NCBI GenBank assembly: GCA_016198755.1
Contig: JACQIB010000005.1
Coordinates: forward strand, 160,001-224,000
Direction of reading: 5' to 3'
DNA length: 64,000 nt
Origin: Candidatus Aenigmatarchaeota archaeon
GTDB taxonomy: Archaea > Aenigmatarchaeota > Aenigmatarchaeia > Aenigmatarchaeales > JACQIB01
Positions within the stretch are counted from its first letter, which is position 1. Every line of letters starts with the position of its first letter. The position numbers were made by a program, and so were the translations under genes. Below the pieces are notes generated by a model. The model made no database searches and was not told the DNA's origin. It worked only from the letters and a program-made list of their open reading frames with translations. This document shows positions 38,899-48,551 of the stretch, piece after piece.

Positions 38899-39205
38899 AT
38901 TTGTCACCCAGTAGAGCTATATAGAAACTGCCAAATTTGGTCAGGCTCGCTATAGAACCGTTGCCAAATTCTATCAGACCCAGATTACGCAGGATTTTGG
39001 AGTTATGTTTTAGAGTGGATAGGGAAATTCCATTTTCCTTCTCTGTTTTCCTGAGAAGGGAGCTTATTGTAAGGCTGTTGTTCAGGGAAACAGCAGAAAG
39101 TATAAGCTTTTGGTTGGTGTTTAGAGAACGGGCTAATAAAATCTTTAGCCCTGCATTGGTTGGCTGTGTACCACCTTTAACACCTTTTAACAGTAGGAGA
39201 GTGAT
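38888..39205 (-). CDS. Unannotated winged-helix-like ORF with no in-frame ATG/GTG/TTG
   Basis: Hand translation: ...LARSLNTNQKLIL...TISSLLRKTEKENGISLSTLKHNSKILRNLGLIEFGNGSIASLTKFG...; stop overlaps the proC start. Confidence 0.6.
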   Translation of the reverse strand: MTLLLLKGVKGGTQPTNAGLKILLARSLNTNQKLILSAVSLNNSLTISSLLRKTEKENGISLSTLKHNSKILRNLGLIEFGNGSIASLTKFGSFYIALLGDKYGK

Positions 39206-39244
39206 TTATTTAAAAGCACTGGTCAGGTTAGATTGGCCAGAAAA

Positions 39245-39466
39245 TTATTTAGCCTTAAGCGGAAGCCTTACGCTTACATCGGAAAGCTCTTTTGCAGGGA
39301 TCCTTTTTGAAACATTGAGCATTTCTATCCCTAAAATTCTCCCCTTCGAATCCAAATCTATTAGTGTGTCGTCGTCTATTTTTTTGTTCTGGGCAAATTT
39401 GCCTTCTTGAAACTTTATGTATAGTGCATCTGCCTGTAGGTCAACGCTAATTTCCATTTCATTCAC
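39245..39466 (-). CDS. DUF2283-family protein (putative antitoxin)
   Basis: DLQADALYIKF...DLDSKGRILGIEML. Confidence 0.88.
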   Translation of the reverse strand: MNEMEISVDLQADALYIKFQEGKFAQNKKIDDDTLIDLDSKGRILGIEMLNVSKRIPAKELSDVSVRLPLKAK

Positions 39467-39680
39467 CCCAATAAACAGTTATAACAACCACGTTATCATG
39501 TACCATTGTGTATACCACACTTATTACTTTATTGTTTTCCACCCTTTTAATAGCTTGCTTTCTGCCTTCTGTTAGCCCCATTATTTTGTCCGGGCTTTTA
39601 ATAGCCTCTTCTATCCACACCTTCTTTATACCACGTTCTAAAGCCCTATACTCTGCATGCATAGAATAAATGATTCCCAT
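39459..39680 (-). CDS. DUF4258-family RelE-like protein (putative toxin)
   Basis: YSMHAEYRALERGI...VVVITVY. Confidence 0.85.
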   Translation of the reverse strand: MGIIYSMHAEYRALERGIKKVWIEEAIKSPDKIMGLTEGRKQAIKRVENNKVISVVYTMVHDNVVVITVYWGE

Positions 39681-39758
39681 AAGGTTATTTTGTATAGTTT
39701 GTTAATAAACATTCCTCATTTCCATAGAGATTAATACTTTCTTGTCTATAGTTTCAGA

Positions 39759-40955
39759 ATGAAAATAGCCATATTCTCAGATTGCCATATGGGTTTTGAT
39801 TATGGGGGACCAAGGGGAGAAGATAGTTTTTCCGCCTTTGAAGAAGCTTTGGAAAAGAGCAAAGATGCGGACATGATTCTTGTTGCAGGAGACTTATTTG
39901 ATATGAGAGTTCCTAGGCAGGAGGTTTTTGCGCGCGGTGCAAGAATACTTAGTAGGGTCAGGGAATGGGACGGAGGGGCAAAATTTGAGAGTATTATAGG
40001 GAAGAAAGCGGAAGATGTTTCGCCGCTTAGCCTGAAAGGGAAGCCTATGGTTGTTATAAGCGGAAACCATGATCGCAGGTCTCCACATTTAACAAATCCT
40101 GTTCAGGCACTGGAGCATGCTGGTTTACTTCTACATTTGCACTGTTCCACGGCTGTGTTTGATATAGAAGGTAGGAAAGTTGCTGTTCATGGAATGAGCG
40201 CTGTGCCTGAAAGGTATGCGAAGGAAGTTTTGCTGTCTTGGAACCCCAAGCCACTGGAAGGGGCTGTAAATATTTTCCTTATACACCAGAATATTGACCC
40301 CTATATTTTTAACCCATTGGAGCCGCCTTCTCTAAAACTTGAGGATTTGCCTATAGGTTTTGATTTGTATGTCATGGGTCACCTGCATTGGAATGATACG
40401 CAGAGATTCAGGGGCAAGAATCTTCTGGTAGCTGGTTCGACAACTCCAACAGGGCTGCACAAGATTGAGGCTGAGCAGAAAAAGGGAGTTTTCTTTTTCA
40501 ACGGAGAATATCTGGATTTTTCACCTTTGATAAAGCAGAGAAAAATTTTCTGGGAAGATGCTTACCTTTCACCGACAATTAAGGAAGATATGGATAGAAC
40601 TATAGGAAAGATTGTTTCTGCTGAAACCGGAAAGCCCATTATTGTAATTAAGGTAAAGGGAAAGCTGCCTATTGGTGCCCATGTTCCAAGTTTCAGGGAT
40701 ATAGAATTAAAGTATGATGAAAAAGCGTTGCTGTATATTTACACAAACTTGGAAGGGCAGGAATTTGAAAGCCAGCTTGATCTCATTAAATCCCTTAGGG
40801 AACAGAGACTTTCCCCCGAAGAGTATGGTTTGCAATTGTTAAAGGAAAATCTAATGCAGGCGAAGTGCGGTATAAAGGTGGAGGATATTTTTGAACTGCT
40901 AGTGGAAGGACAGACAGAAGAGATTTATAGCGGTATTGTGGGTGGGAACAAATGA
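39759..40955 (+). CDS. mre11: Mre11 nuclease
   Basis: SDCHMG, AGDLFD, GNHD and GHLH. Confidence 0.93.
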   Translation: MKIAIFSDCHMGFDYGGPRGEDSFSAFEEALEKSKDADMILVAGDLFDMRVPRQEVFARGARILSRVREWDGGAKFESIIGKKAEDVSPLSLKGKPMVVISGNHDRRSPHLTNPVQALEHAGLLLHLHCSTAVFDIEGRKVAVHGMSAVPERYAKEVLLSWNPKPLEGAVNIFLIHQNIDPYIFNPLEPPSLKLEDLPIGFDLYVMGHLHWNDTQRFRGKNLLVAGSTTPTGLHKIEAEQKKGVFFFNGEYLDFSPLIKQRKIFWEDAYLSPTIKEDMDRTIGKIVSAETGKPIIVIKVKGKLPIGAHVPSFRDIELKYDEKALLYIYTNLEGQEFESQLDLIKSLREQRLSPEEYGLQLLKENLMQAKCGIKVEDIFELLVEGQTEEIYSGIVGGNK

Positions 40956-43324
40956 TAAAGAAAATATCGCTAAAAAACTGGAGGTCTCATTCTGATACTG
41001 AGCTGGTTTTTTCAGATGGAACAAATGCGCTTATTGGGCTTATGGGAGGCGGGAAGAGCTCTGTGCTTTCCGGCATATGCTTTGGGTTGTTTGGAACTTT
41101 TCCGGAGCTGCAGAGCAGGAAAGTAAAGCTGGAAGATGTTATAATGAAAAAGCCAAAAGAACAGAAACAGGCTGAAATTTCCGTGGTCTTTGATTTGGGA
41201 GATGGCATTGACTGGACTGTTAAGAGGGTTATTTCAAAGGGAAAAAGTACGGAAGCTGAGCTTAGGAAAAACGGACAGATAGTAGAAGCACAGGTACAGA
41301 AAGTAAACGAAGATGTGGAACGATTATTGAAAATAAATTATGACCTGTTTACCAGGGCAATATACAGCGAACAGAACCAGATAGATATGTTTCTTACAAT
41401 ACCAAAAGGACAGAGAATGAAAAAGATTGATGAAATTCTGGCTATAGACAGGTTTGAAAAAGCTAGGACAAGCACAAAAACTCTGGGTGGAAGAGTCAGG
41501 CTGTCTGCCGATGAAAAGAAGACCATTATACAGGAACTTGAGAAGGATTCTGCTGTTCAGATGTTATCCGGATTAAAGAGTTCTATTGAAACTCTCAGGA
41601 AAGAAAAGGAAAGAATAGAGCAACAGCTGAAAACAGCCAAGAACAGGAGAGCGGATTTGGAAAGGGGTATAGATGAAGTTAGGAGAAGAGAAAAGGAAAG
41701 GAGAGAAATAGAGGACGGAATGAAAAGTTTTACGGCTCTTATAGAAGCTGTGGAAGAGGAAATAGACAAACTAAAAGAAGATCTTATGGATTTTGTTGAG
41801 AAAACTGATGAAGAGATTGGAGAAGGGTTTCAGGAAAAGAAAAAAGAATTAGAAGGGTTGGAAAGGGAGGTGGAGGATGAAAACAGAAAGTTGTTGTCAT
41901 TAAAAGAAATGCTGGGAAATAAACAGGGAAAATTGGCTGGTATGGAAGAGAAAATACCTGAAACGAGGAAAAAAATAAAAGAAAAGGAAGAATTGGAAAA
42001 AATACTGAAAAGGGGTGGGGTAAAGAAGGTTCTTGGAGAAATAGAAAAGAAGAGGGGAGAACTTGAGAAATCTGCAGCAGCTGTTCAGGCAGGCATAGAA
42101 AGAATTGCTGAAGCTGAAGAAGGTCTGAGAGAAATAAAGCGGGTTGAAAGCATTTGCCCTATATGTGATAATCCTCTGGGTGATAAGAAGAAAGAAAATA
42201 TAATAGAAAGGAAAGAAAAACTTATATCAAAATTAAAGCTGGATGTAGAACATGGTGGGGATAGGGCTGAAAAGTTGAGGGTTGAAATAAAAGATCTGGA
42301 GAAAGAACTAAAAGAAGTTGAAAATATTGAGTTTAAGCTTTCGCAGCTGGAAACTGTTGGAGCTGAGTTAAAGTTTTTGGTGGACGCTGTTAAACAGTTC
42401 AAATTGGATATACAGCAGATTAATACAGAAGTTAAGATGGCTGAAAAAGCGCAGGGATTGTTTAAAGGGAGGTATGAAACTCTGAGAAATGAGTATGATA
42501 ATATAAAGAGGGTTCTGGAAAAGAGAGCTGAACTTTCAGGAAGGGTTAAGAGGAGAAAGGAAATAGAAACAAATATTATAGGTTTGCAGGAAAAATCACA
42601 GAGGCTTGGCCCTCTTGGCTCGCTGAGCGCAGAAAGCATGGAAAGGGAATTACAAACTGCTATTGGATTTGAGAGCGCCGCTTCTGTAAGAATAGAAACA
42701 TTGGGGGACAATATAAAAGAAAAAGAAACGATTTTGGTTGAAACTGAAAAGAAAATGGAAACAATAGAGAAGATAAGGGCTGAAAGCATTAAGATGGAAA
42801 CTATAGCTGAACAGCTTGTTCTTTTGGAAAGTTCCCTGCTTGCAACACAGGAGCAGCTAAGAAGGTATTTTGTTTCTGCTGTGAATCAGGCTATGGGCCT
42901 TGTTTGGCAGAACCTTTATCCTTATGGGGATTTCAAATCCTGCAGGCTTGGGATAGAGGAGGGGGATTATATTTTGCAGTTACAAGATTCAACTGGATGG
43001 ATTCCTGTGGATGGTGTAGCCTCTGGAGGAGAAAGATCTATAGCTGCTTTGGCACTGAGGATTGCTTTCGCCCTTGTTCTGGCTCCGCAGCTGCGCTGGC
43101 TTATTTTAGATGAACCAACCCATAATCTGGATGAAAAGGCAACGCAGGAACTGGCTGCTGTATTGAGAGATAGGATTTCAGAGTTTGTGGAACAGGTTTT
43201 CCTTGTAACACATAACCCTGAAATGGAGAATGCTGTTTCAGGATATTTGTATAGGTTTGAGAGAGCTAAAGAAAAGGACGAACCCTCGCGTGTTACAATG
43301 ATAAGCGGGCCGCAGCTCACATGA
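40952..43324 (+). CDS. rad50: Rad50 SMC ATPase
   Basis: Walker A GGGKSS, coiled coil with CPIC zinc hook, SGGE and LDEPT. Confidence 0.94.
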   Translation: MIKKISLKNWRSHSDTELVFSDGTNALIGLMGGGKSSVLSGICFGLFGTFPELQSRKVKLEDVIMKKPKEQKQAEISVVFDLGDGIDWTVKRVISKGKSTEAELRKNGQIVEAQVQKVNEDVERLLKINYDLFTRAIYSEQNQIDMFLTIPKGQRMKKIDEILAIDRFEKARTSTKTLGGRVRLSADEKKTIIQELEKDSAVQMLSGLKSSIETLRKEKERIEQQLKTAKNRRADLERGIDEVRRREKERREIEDGMKSFTALIEAVEEEIDKLKEDLMDFVEKTDEEIGEGFQEKKKELEGLEREVEDENRKLLSLKEMLGNKQGKLAGMEEKIPETRKKIKEKEELEKILKRGGVKKVLGEIEKKRGELEKSAAAVQAGIERIAEAEEGLREIKRVESICPICDNPLGDKKKENIIERKEKLISKLKLDVEHGGDRAEKLRVEIKDLEKELKEVENIEFKLSQLETVGAELKFLVDAVKQFKLDIQQINTEVKMAEKAQGLFKGRYETLRNEYDNIKRVLEKRAELSGRVKRRKEIETNIIGLQEKSQRLGPLGSLSAESMERELQTAIGFESAASVRIETLGDNIKEKETILVETEKKMETIEKIRAESIKMETIAEQLVLLESSLLATQEQLRRYFVSAVNQAMGLVWQNLYPYGDFKSCRLGIEEGDYILQLQDSTGWIPVDGVASGGERSIAALALRIAFALVLAPQLRWLILDEPTHNLDEKATQELAAVLRDRISEFVEQVFLVTHNPEMENAVSGYLYRFERAKEKDEPSRVTMISGPQLT

Positions 43325-44828
43325 AAGCCTTTGCATCTTTCATTTTTTCTGAATGGTTTCCAGAGAACTCCAAACAGGCTTCCTCAAGAGGAATTCCTTT
43401 GTCTGTTTTCTTGCTTCTCCTCTCCCTTATCTTTAGAAACAGTGGGTAATTAACAGCCTCCCCCACAATCAGAGCTTCGCCAACTCTGAGAGAGGAAATT
43501 GTTTTTAAAACATCAGCTGTTAGGCCTTCGGAACTTTTCCCTATATGGTCCAAATCATAGGGGTTTGTTACTCTCAAAATCATGTGGGAGTTGCACTGGC
43601 TGAGAGCTGTGGTAGAGAGCTGGATAGGACGCTGGGAAATTAGGCAGAGGCAAGCGTGGAATTTTCTGCCTTCGCGCGCTATTCTCTCAATAATGTTCCT
43701 GCTTATTGCACCTTCTCTATGAACTCCTTCAGGAGCAAACTGATGCGCTTCCTCCACAATCAAAAGGAAGGGGGGTATTGCAGAAACCATTCTGGCTTGG
43801 AACAATTTTCTTGCCAAGTAAGTTACAACAATCTGCTTTTCCTTCTGGTTTGTCATATCTGAAATATCTATAACAGTAAAATGCCCTGGACGGGCAAGTT
43901 TATCCAGAGAAGGGTTATCATAGCTTGCGAACAAATTTGTGCTGTCCAGATCGTAAATATAGGTATAAAGTATATTGCGTGTATCTGATTTTTTTATTAT
44001 TTCATCTGTTTCAAGTTTTTGCAAAACATCCCTGAAATCGAAAGGCTTTCCCCTGCGTTCCTCGTTTATAAGGGATAAGAGCCTGTTAAGTTCCCTCTTT
44101 TGAACAGCACTCATGTCTGGAACAAGCTCAGCAACCATTGCTGCTGTTATCCCAGGTACTCCTATCCTAAAATCTTTTCCTTCTATGACATCAGCTTTAT
44201 CAGAGTAGCGCTTGTCCTCTGAAAAGCCTGTATATTCCCCGTGGGTATCTATTGCAATAACAGCAATCTGCCCGTTTTCAGGGCTTCTGTCCAAAAGTTC
44301 CTCTATAAACACAGAAACTCCATAGGATTTTCCGGAACCGCTTATACCGAGTATTGCTGTGTGTTTCTGCAGCAAACGGGTCATGTTAAGCCTTACAGGT
44401 AGAGAGTGGTGCTCTACTGTTCCCAGCTCAAGTCCTTTCTCTAAGTCCAGCCCAAAGAATTTTGACAAAAGATCGTTCTCAGCCATAAAAACCTTTGATC
44501 CAGGAGAAGGTGGAAAAGCTGAGCGCTGCAGCCTGCCTTCATTATAAACCCCTAGGGAAAGAGCCTCTGCAACAAGATACTCCCAGCGCTCTGCAGGAAA
44601 CATTTCTGCTAAAGGCCTTCCGGAACGCTCAAATTCCCTGACACTTTCTGCACGCTCAAAGTACCTGTTAGTTTTTATTATGTCTGCTATTCTTGCCACA
44701 ACCTTTCCCTCAGCTGTATCAACAGTAACAAACTGACCCTTTCTGGCAGATGAAGAAACAATAAATGCAAACTCAGAGGAGTTTGGATTGCCTTCTGTTG
44801 AAATAACTGTTCCTAAAGGTTCTGGCAT
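43317..44828 (-). CDS. herA: HerA helicase/ATPase
   Basis: HAS-barrel-like N-terminus, GISGSGKS, EEAH, AREGRKF and SQRP. Confidence 0.92.
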   Translation of the reverse strand: MPEPLGTVISTEGNPNSSEFAFIVSSSARKGQFVTVDTAEGKVVARIADIIKTNRYFERAESVREFERSGRPLAEMFPAERWEYLVAEALSLGVYNEGRLQRSAFPPSPGSKVFMAENDLLSKFFGLDLEKGLELGTVEHHSLPVRLNMTRLLQKHTAILGISGSGKSYGVSVFIEELLDRSPENGQIAVIAIDTHGEYTGFSEDKRYSDKADVIEGKDFRIGVPGITAAMVAELVPDMSAVQKRELNRLLSLINEERRGKPFDFRDVLQKLETDEIIKKSDTRNILYTYIYDLDSTNLFASYDNPSLDKLARPGHFTVIDISDMTNQKEKQIVVTYLARKLFQARMVSAIPPFLLIVEEAHQFAPEGVHREGAISRNIIERIAREGRKFHACLCLISQRPIQLSTTALSQCNSHMILRVTNPYDLDHIGKSSEGLTADVLKTISSLRVGEALIVGEAVNYPLFLKIRERRSKKTDKGIPLEEACLEFSGNHSEKMKDAKAFM

Positions 44829-44899
44829 TCCTAAAAAAGTGCAGTGGAAGGATAAATAGATATTTATGTGCTGACAGCAGATATTCTTGGGGGTTTTCT

Positions 44900-45175
44900 A
44901 TGGGTAGATTACAAATAGTAGATTTTGTGCCTGGTCAAACGCCTGTTAATTCTGCTGATCCCCTTAAACTTCCACGTTACATGAGACTAAAAGATGTACC
45001 GATTGAATTGGCAGACAAAGCTCTTGTAGGAGGTGTTGTATATAGGAATAATGGGGATGTTTTTTATGCAGATAAAAATGGAAACGGATTTAGGGTTCCG
45101 CAGGATGTTTTTGTTGTTGGGATGAGCAGGGGATATGAATGGTGGAAAGATACACCTGATAGACCAGCAAGTTAA
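44900..45175 (+). CDS. Hypothetical protein
   Basis: 91-aa ORF after a GGGGGT SD-like site. Confidence 0.55.
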   Translation: MGRLQIVDFVPGQTPVNSADPLKLPRYMRLKDVPIELADKALVGGVVYRNNGDVFYADKNGNGFRVPQDVFVVGMSRGYEWWKDTPDRPAS

Positions 45176-45210
45176 GCATTGTTTTTAAGTGTTCTGCAAT
45201 AACCTTTTAT

Positions 45211-45939
45211 ATGAAGTTCCTGCTAGACAATGCACTGCTAATTGGAAAAACACTGGCTATAGCTGATTTGCATTTGGGTTTGGAGAGATCTCTGGGAGAG
45301 AAAGGAATAAGCATACCACCACAGACAAAAAAACTGGAAGCAAGAATAGAAAAGATTGTCAGAGAAACAAAAGCCAAAAAGATTGTTTTTGTTGGGGATT
45401 TCAAGGACAAAGTTATGGGTATAAGTCTGCAGGAAAGGAGGGAGATACCTGAGTTTTTAAAATATTTTCAGAAAAAGCTGAAGATTGCAATTGTAAAGGG
45501 AAATCATGATGGGAATCTGGAGTTCATAGTACCAAATGGAATTAAAATTTATGGGAGTGAAGGATTTAGGGATGGAAAAACAGGATTTGCACACGGGCAT
45601 GCTTGGCTTTCAAAAGATATACTGAAAGCTGAGAGGGTTGTGCTGGGAGATTTGCATCCTGCAGTTGAGTTTGTTTCCGGAAGGTCGAGAGCTGTGGAAC
45701 AGATATGGATACGTTGTCCTGTTAACAGACAGTTTTTAGAGAAAAAGTTTAAGGTAAAAGTTAATCTGAAGGAGGCTGTTATAGTTCCTGCATTTAACAG
45801 GTTAACTGGCTCTGCTCCAATAAACAGGAAAGGGTTTAAGATGAATGGGCCTATAGGAAAATTTTTAGACTGGAAAAACGGGGATATTTTTCTTACTGAC
45901 GGAACATTATTGGGAAAGCTGAAAGAATTTAAAAATTAG
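45211..45939 (+). CDS. Calcineurin-like metallophosphoesterase (COG1407-like)
   Basis: ADLHLG, GDFK, KGNHD, HGH and PAFN. Confidence 0.88.
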   Translation: MKFLLDNALLIGKTLAIADLHLGLERSLGEKGISIPPQTKKLEARIEKIVRETKAKKIVFVGDFKDKVMGISLQERREIPEFLKYFQKKLKIAIVKGNHDGNLEFIVPNGIKIYGSEGFRDGKTGFAHGHAWLSKDILKAERVVLGDLHPAVEFVSGRSRAVEQIWIRCPVNRQFLEKKFKVKVNLKEAVIVPAFNRLTGSAPINRKGFKMNGPIGKFLDWKNGDIFLTDGTLLGKLKEFKN

Positions 45940-45997
45940 AATTATTTTTATCTAGCCCAAGCTAACCATAAGCAATACCCATAGCAAGATTAGTATG

Positions 45998-46288
45998 CTA
46001 GAGGACTGTTAGTTTTCCCTGTTTCCCTACTCCCAACTGTAGTTCTCCCTTAAACTCTTTTGTAAAGCCGCCGGCTATTTCTACTTTCTTGCCTTCTGAT
46101 ATGCCTTCTGCCTGATTGCCCCAAAGAGTCAGCTTTATGGTTTTTCCAGAACCGTCATCTAAAGTGGCTTCAGTAAGTGTAGTCTGGGAACCAAATTTAG
46201 TGTTAACAGAGCGCGGCTCTGAAACACTTGAAACAGTTGCTTGTAGGTTCACATTATTTTGGCCTGAGGTTAGTTCTGAAATTTTCAT
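45998..46288 (-). CDS. Single OB-fold ssDNA-binding protein (SSB/RPA-like)
   Basis: MKISEL, LDDGSG-TIKLTLW and GELQL. Confidence 0.88.
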   Translation of the reverse strand: MKISELTSGQNNVNLQATVSSVSEPRSVNTKFGSQTTLTEATLDDGSGKTIKLTLWGNQAEGISEGKKVEIAGGFTKEFKGELQLGVGKQGKLTVL

Positions 46289-46734
46289 GCAGCTACTCCC
46301 CCTTCATCATCTTCTGTAGATTCTGTCTCTTCTGTTTCTTCTACACTTGCTTCAGACTCTCCGCCTTCAGCTGGTGTTGCCCCCTCTGTTTCCTCTTCTC
46401 CCTCTCCCTCAGATGCTGGTGCTGACCCGCCAGAAACAACCTCTGCAACCGCATGGCGACCGCGTACTTCTTTTATCTTTATTTTTACGTTGTCTCCTTT
46501 TTGTGTTCCGGGCACGAAAATAACAAAGTTGTTTATCCTTGTTATACCATCTCCCTTGCTTCCGGTTTCAGTTATCTGGACCTCGTATTCGTCCCCTTCC
46601 TTCACCGGCTTTTCTCGTGTGTCTTCTTCTCTACTAAATCTTGGCCTTCCTCCGCCAAATCCTCTGCTGCCTCCTCCACGGAAGCCTCCTCTATCTCCTC
46701 CTCTATCTCCTCCTCTTCTACCAAAGTCTCTCAT
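46285..46734 (-). CDS. TRAM-domain RNA-binding protein with RGG N-tail and acidic C-tail
   Basis: KPVKEGDEYEV, GSKGDGI and FVIFVPG. Confidence 0.9.
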   Translation of the reverse strand: MRDFGRRGGDRGGDRGGFRGGGSRGFGGGRPRFSREEDTREKPVKEGDEYEVQITETGSKGDGITRINNFVIFVPGTQKGDNVKIKIKEVRGRHAVAEVVSGGSAPASEGEGEEETEGATPAEGGESEASVEETEETESTEDDEGGVAA

Positions 46735-46865
46735 TCAATTCAACCTCCTTTATTTTTTTATGCCTCAGTTCAGTAAGAAATAGACCTTTTTTGTGTTCTC
46801 GGTCACACCTTACCTACCTTTTAGGCTTCTTTTTATTATGCGATAAAGGTTTATAAAGTTGTGCA

Positions 46866-47498
46866 TTATACGCTTTCCGAACCCGATAAAAGCCCCCTTT
46901 CCTTAAGAACAGCTTCGACAATGGGTTTTGTACCAGTGTGTACTGTTAACTGCTTGCTGTTTGAAGGTGGGGCAGATTCAACTGCAAAGAGGTAGGGACA
47001 CTCACCCTCCCTCTCAGCACCCCTGTTTACAACAGCTATAGAAACTGGAATTCCAGCTAAATTTTTCGGGGGTTTCGGAAGTTGTTCTATGCTATTTACC
47101 CTTTCAATTTCCTTTCCATCTGGAGAACCTGTTAAAAAGTAAATTTCCAAAGCATGATGTGGAGGGTGTAGATAGTATCTTGTTAAAGCAGCGCCTCTTT
47201 CTATGAATTCTGCTGGCAGGTCAACCCTGTCTCTACACCAAGGTTTATTGTGCCCTGGTCCACTACCTTGACCTGGTGTATCATAAAAGAAACCAACTGA
47301 ATTTACTATAGTCTCTTTTCCTGCTGGCTCTGGTTTTATAGAAAAGAGGGGAGTATAGGTTATACCTGGTGGTGCATACCCTGAAAAAAGCCAAACTCCC
47401 CTGCCTTCTATTGTCCTTGTATTTACTTTCCATCCATCCAATTCCTGTGGATGGGACACTGTACAATGCCTTCCCAGATTAAACCTTACTCTGCTCAT
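46866..47498 (-). CDS. Hypothetical protein
   Basis: About 210-aa ORF. Confidence 0.55.
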   Translation of the reverse strand: MSRVRFNLGRHCTVSHPQELDGWKVNTRTIEGRGVWLFSGYAPPGITYTPLFSIKPEPAGKETIVNSVGFFYDTPGQGSGPGHNKPWCRDRVDLPAEFIERGAALTRYYLHPPHHALEIYFLTGSPDGKEIERVNSIEQLPKPPKNLAGIPVSIAVVNRGAEREGECPYLFAVESAPPSNSKQLTVHTGTKPIVEAVLKERGLLSGSESV

Positions 47499-47549
47499 CA
47501 AAACAGATTGTGTGGATAGAAATAAGAATATGCTGCACAAAGCTTTTCT

Positions 47550-47693
47550 ATGGGTTTGTTGGAGAGTTTGATTGGTATAGGAGCTGTTATTGCTGTTGTA
47601 CTTATTGTATGGAAAATTTTTAAGAAAGTGCTGGGTGCTGCTATATTGCTTATAATATTGCTCGTGGTTCTAAAGCTTGCTGGATTTTTTTAG
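47550..47693 (+). CDS. 47-aa two-TM peptide (not in ORF track)
   Basis: MGLLESLIGIGAVIAVVLIVWKIFKKVLGAAILLIILLVVLKLAGFF. Confidence 0.65.
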   Translation: MGLLESLIGIGAVIAVVLIVWKIFKKVLGAAILLIILLVVLKLAGFF

Positions 47694-48089
47694 ATTTTTA
47701 TACTGCTTGTACAGGGCTTCCACTGTTTTGCTGTCTATCCTTTTCCTCTCCAACCCTCCCTTTCCATCAAACTGAACCCTGTTATGGGAGAGTAAAGCCC
47801 CTGAAAAAGATTTGGGTATATGGATAAGCTCGTGCAGCAGAACCTTTTCCTTTTCTTCTTTTTCCAGCTTGTCAAAAGCTTCTGAAACAACTTCTATTAT
47901 ATAATGTGCTTCTATGCCCATTGCAGCCTGCCATATTTTAGGAAAATTCCATATTCTGGCTATTGCCCTGCTTTTGCTTCCATGGGAACGGAAAAAACGC
48001 AGCCTGTTTGTTTTAATGTGGGAAAACTGCAGAGTTTTAACTAGGTCAGAAACAGTCTCTTCCAGATCTGGAGCAGGCTCAAAGCGCAT
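47670..48089 (-). CDS. Putative HExxH metallopeptidase (COG4900-like)
   Basis: RSHGSKSRAIARIW and VLLHELIHIP; start at MRFEPA. Confidence 0.82.
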   Translation of the reverse strand: MRFEPAPDLEETVSDLVKTLQFSHIKTNRLRFFRSHGSKSRAIARIWNFPKIWQAAMGIEAHYIIEVVSEAFDKLEKEEKEKVLLHELIHIPKSFSGALLSHNRVQFDGKGGLERKRIDSKTVEALYKQYKNLKKSSKL

Positions 48090-48122
48090 CCATTTATTAA
48101 GTTTACTAAGCAGTTTAAAGTT

Positions 48123-48548
48123 ATGGTTGCTGAGGATTATGTGGAAGAGACTCTGGAAGAGCCTAAAAGGAACAGCAGTGTGAAGTACTCTTTCTTTCCT
48201 GATGATGCAAAGTATAATAGAGAAAACAGAACAGTTGGGCTTTATCTTGCTCCACCTTTGGTTTTGCCTGAGTCTAGTATAGAATTTGACCAAAAGGTTG
48301 CTGCAGACAGGACTTTGTATGCAAATGGAAAGGATTTGATGGTTTTGGATCACAGCCTTCCGCGCACATGGGGATTTACTGACAGGGAAAATGTAGTGGG
48401 CATAAATCCAAACCATCCTTCGCGCGCAGACAGGGAAGATACATGGATGCATGAGATTAGGTGGCATGTATGGATGGGAAAGGGGGATGATTATGATACT
48501 GGTTTCTGGGTGGAAAAGGAAAGAGAACGGGGGAAAAGTTATACATAA
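48123..48548 (+). CDS. Hypothetical protein with an HEIRWH motif
   Basis: WGFT...DTWMHEIRWH resembles a degenerate zincin motif. Confidence 0.55.
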   Translation: MVAEDYVEETLEEPKRNSSVKYSFFPDDAKYNRENRTVGLYLAPPLVLPESSIEFDQKVAADRTLYANGKDLMVLDHSLPRTWGFTDRENVVGINPNHPSRADREDTWMHEIRWHVWMGKGDDYDTGFWVEKERERGKSYT

Positions 48549-48551
48549 TAG

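Noticed and set aside
38937-39410. 157-aa plus-strand ORF
   Set aside because: It is the antisense shadow of the wHTH-like and DUF2283 genes.
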